Shown here: piece after piece, positions 35,110 to 36,716 of the stretch
Layout: each line of letters begins with the position of its first letter
Position numbering within the stretch: the first letter of the stretch is position 1
Assembly: GCA_039208735.1 (NCBI GenBank)
Contig: JBCCQY010000088.1
Coordinates: 1-36,716, forward strand
Origin: Myxococcota bacterium
GTDB lineage: Bacteria > Myxococcota_A > UBA796 > GCA-2862545
DNA: 36,716 nt
Direction of reading: 5' to 3'
Program-made: the position numbers and the translations under genes
The notes under the pieces: model-generated
Databases searched by the model: none
Told to the model about the DNA's origin: nothing
The model's input: only the letters and a program-made list of their open reading frames with translations

Positions 35110-36609
35110 GTGGTGCTGACGAGTTGGCTGTGGCTCGGGTGTGGGGGCACGCCCGAAGCAACCATTGCGGAAACCGAGGACGCACCTAGTCCCACCACGC
35201 AAATGCCAAGCACGATCGAAGTGACGATCACGCCCCCTGTACCGAGCGGTCAGCGGTTTGAGACCGAAACCGTCGCCCGCATTTTGCGGACCATTGAAGG
35301 CACGTTGCTGGCGGTGCCTCGGGTGGTGCCCCGCATCGGAGACGTCGACCTCGCGCCGGGCATCGAGGCTTCGCCCCAGTCTGCCCTTGGTCCGTGGAGC
35401 CTCTCGTTCGCGGTGTCGACGAGCAATCGATCCATCGAGATGCGACTCATGACCTGCGCCCCGAATGGCGGTTGCGAAGAGGACGTGGTGTTCGCCGAAG
35501 GAACGCCTGAGAGCATCGGGGGCCTGGCGGTGGCCAAGATCCTCGATCGCCTCGACCTGACCGTGGCGGGTGCCTCGGCGAATTGCATGTCGACCCAACC
35601 TTCGAAGGACGACTACCACAGCCTGATCGCCGGACGAGGCGCGGCGGTGGTCTATGGCCTGTTGGAGCCCACCGAAGTGGGTGACCGCGACGATGATCCC
35701 AGCGAGCGGGCGATCTACCTGGATCCCAAGAGCGGATTGGGCAACTGGATGGCGGCGAGGGCACGGTTCGCTCGAGGAGCCCTCGACAGCGCTGAAACCG
35801 CCGTCACGAAGGCCGTCGACCGGTGTCCGGGTCACCTCGGCATCGCCGCGGATGCCGCTCGCATCGCGCTTGAACTCGACAAGGTCGAGGATGCCATCGC
35901 CTTGCTTGAAGGCGCAAAGGGGTCGGCCGACGACCCGCGCCTCATGCCCCTGTGGCTCGACGCCTGGGTCCGTACCGACCGAATCGACGATGCGGAAACC
36001 CTGGGTCTCCGTGCCAATGCGACGTTCCCCGACGATCCCAACGTCGCCCGAGTGCTTGCGGAACTCGCGAAGGCCCAAGGCCACATGGAGGAGTACGAAA
36101 ACTGGGTTCAAGCTTGGTCGGACCGTTCGAATGGCGACCCCGAACCCGCCCGCCGGTTGATCGGCATCATGGCCCGCGACAACCGTTGGAAAGAGGCGTG
36201 GAGTGCCATCTCGGTGCTCGAGTCGCGAGGCGCGGCCGAAGAGGCTCGCCAATGGAAGGTCACCGCCGGGCTCGCGCTGGAGCGGTACCGAGATGCCGCT
36301 GAAGCCGCCGACCCGGTCACCGCAAAGCGCATTCAAGCCCGGGCCGCGCTCGAGGGACTGGCTGGCTACAGCGTCGACCTTGCGGACGACCCCACGGCCG
36401 AGGCCCATCTGGCTCGAGCCGCCCAAGCCGTAGGCTACGGCGAAAACGAAAAGGCCCTCGCCCAGGCCGAGGCTGCGTTGAGGCTCCGCCCCTACTGGCC
36501 TGAAGCACTCGAGATCAAGGCCGAGGCCATGCGCGCCCTCGGTCGCAATGAACAAGCGACGGTCGCCCGCAACCAATGGCTCGCCTCCGAGCCCCCTTTG
36601 GAGCAATGA
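35110..36609 (+). CDS. TPR-repeat lipoprotein
   Basis: GTG 35110 or 35113 after GGAG/AGGA, WLWLGC, Pro/Thr linker, repeated TPR-like units (AIYLDP; AALRLRPYWPEA). Confidence 0.78.
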   Translation: MVLTSWLWLGCGGTPEATIAETEDAPSPTTQMPSTIEVTITPPVPSGQRFETETVARILRTIEGTLLAVPRVVPRIGDVDLAPGIEASPQSALGPWSLSFAVSTSNRSIEMRLMTCAPNGGCEEDVVFAEGTPESIGGLAVAKILDRLDLTVAGASANCMSTQPSKDDYHSLIAGRGAAVVYGLLEPTEVGDRDDDPSERAIYLDPKSGLGNWMAARARFARGALDSAETAVTKAVDRCPGHLGIAADAARIALELDKVEDAIALLEGAKGSADDPRLMPLWLDAWVRTDRIDDAETLGLRANATFPDDPNVARVLAELAKAQGHMEEYENWVQAWSDRSNGDPEPARRLIGIMARDNRWKEAWSAISVLESRGAAEEARQWKVTAGLALERYRDAAEAADPVTAKRIQARAALEGLAGYSVDLADDPTAEAHLARAAQAVGYGENEKALAQAEAALRLRPYWPEALEIKAEAMRALGRNEQATVARNQWLASEPPLEQ

Positions 36610-36716
36610 TGCGTTGGTTCCGACTCATCGGCATCGTCTTTGCCGTCATCGCCGTGATCGGGATCGGCGCATTTTCTTGGTTCTCCAGTAACTACTTGGC
36701 CGACTTACCCCAAGAC
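36606..36716 (+). CDS. N-terminus of a membrane-anchored protein, probably a class A penicillin-binding protein (partial)
   Basis: ATGA overlap with the upstream stop. MMRWFRLIGIVFAVIAVIGIGAFSWFSSNYLADLPQD: basic start, one TM, then DLP, as in PBP1A. Only 37 codons visible. Confidence 0.5.
   Translation, partial: MMRWFRLIGIVFAVIAVIGIGAFSWFSSNYLADLPQD

Noticed and set aside
34987..36606. 880-aa ORF suggesting a large PyrB fusion
   Set aside because: The extension is the antisense shadow of the TPR gene; PyrB has its own GGAGG-ATG at 34986.

Overview
GC-rich bacterial chromosome segment. Cys-rich DUF4215-type and DCDD/DxNCD repeat lipoproteins suggest Myxococcota (inference). It has about 30 tightly packed CDSs: a DAG-kinase-family gene (partial), a dihydroorotase-like protein lacking its metal ligands, topB, an octaheme cytochrome c/TPR protein, two convergent beta-propeller lipoproteins, a SUFU-like protein, a three-gene TRAP/TPAT-like transporter, a DUF3179 lipoprotein, a lysophospholipase, a sigma70-family factor, a flippase, a GIN-domain lipoprotein, an S41 protease, folE plus a divergent HAM1 pyrophosphatase, glgP, tesB, an epimerase, pyrB, TPR lipoproteins and the start of a probable class A PBP. 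A tRNA-Ile/tRNA-Ala pair stands without rRNA. No integrase, transposase or CRISPR array was seen. The best candidate for an undescribed system is a complete non-coding transcription unit on the minus strand at about 395-620: tandem enhancer-like sites, a sigma54 -24/-12 promoter, and an ~87-nt RNA with two CACGGAG repeats, a stem-loop and an intrinsic terminator. Also notable: a folE-coupled HAM1 enzyme with altered specificity motifs, an apparently circularly permuted DUF3179, DPF repeats shared by two transporter subunits, and a probable ATC start codon. All family calls are by-eye motif recognition; no searches were run, and several starts were re-picked by hand.
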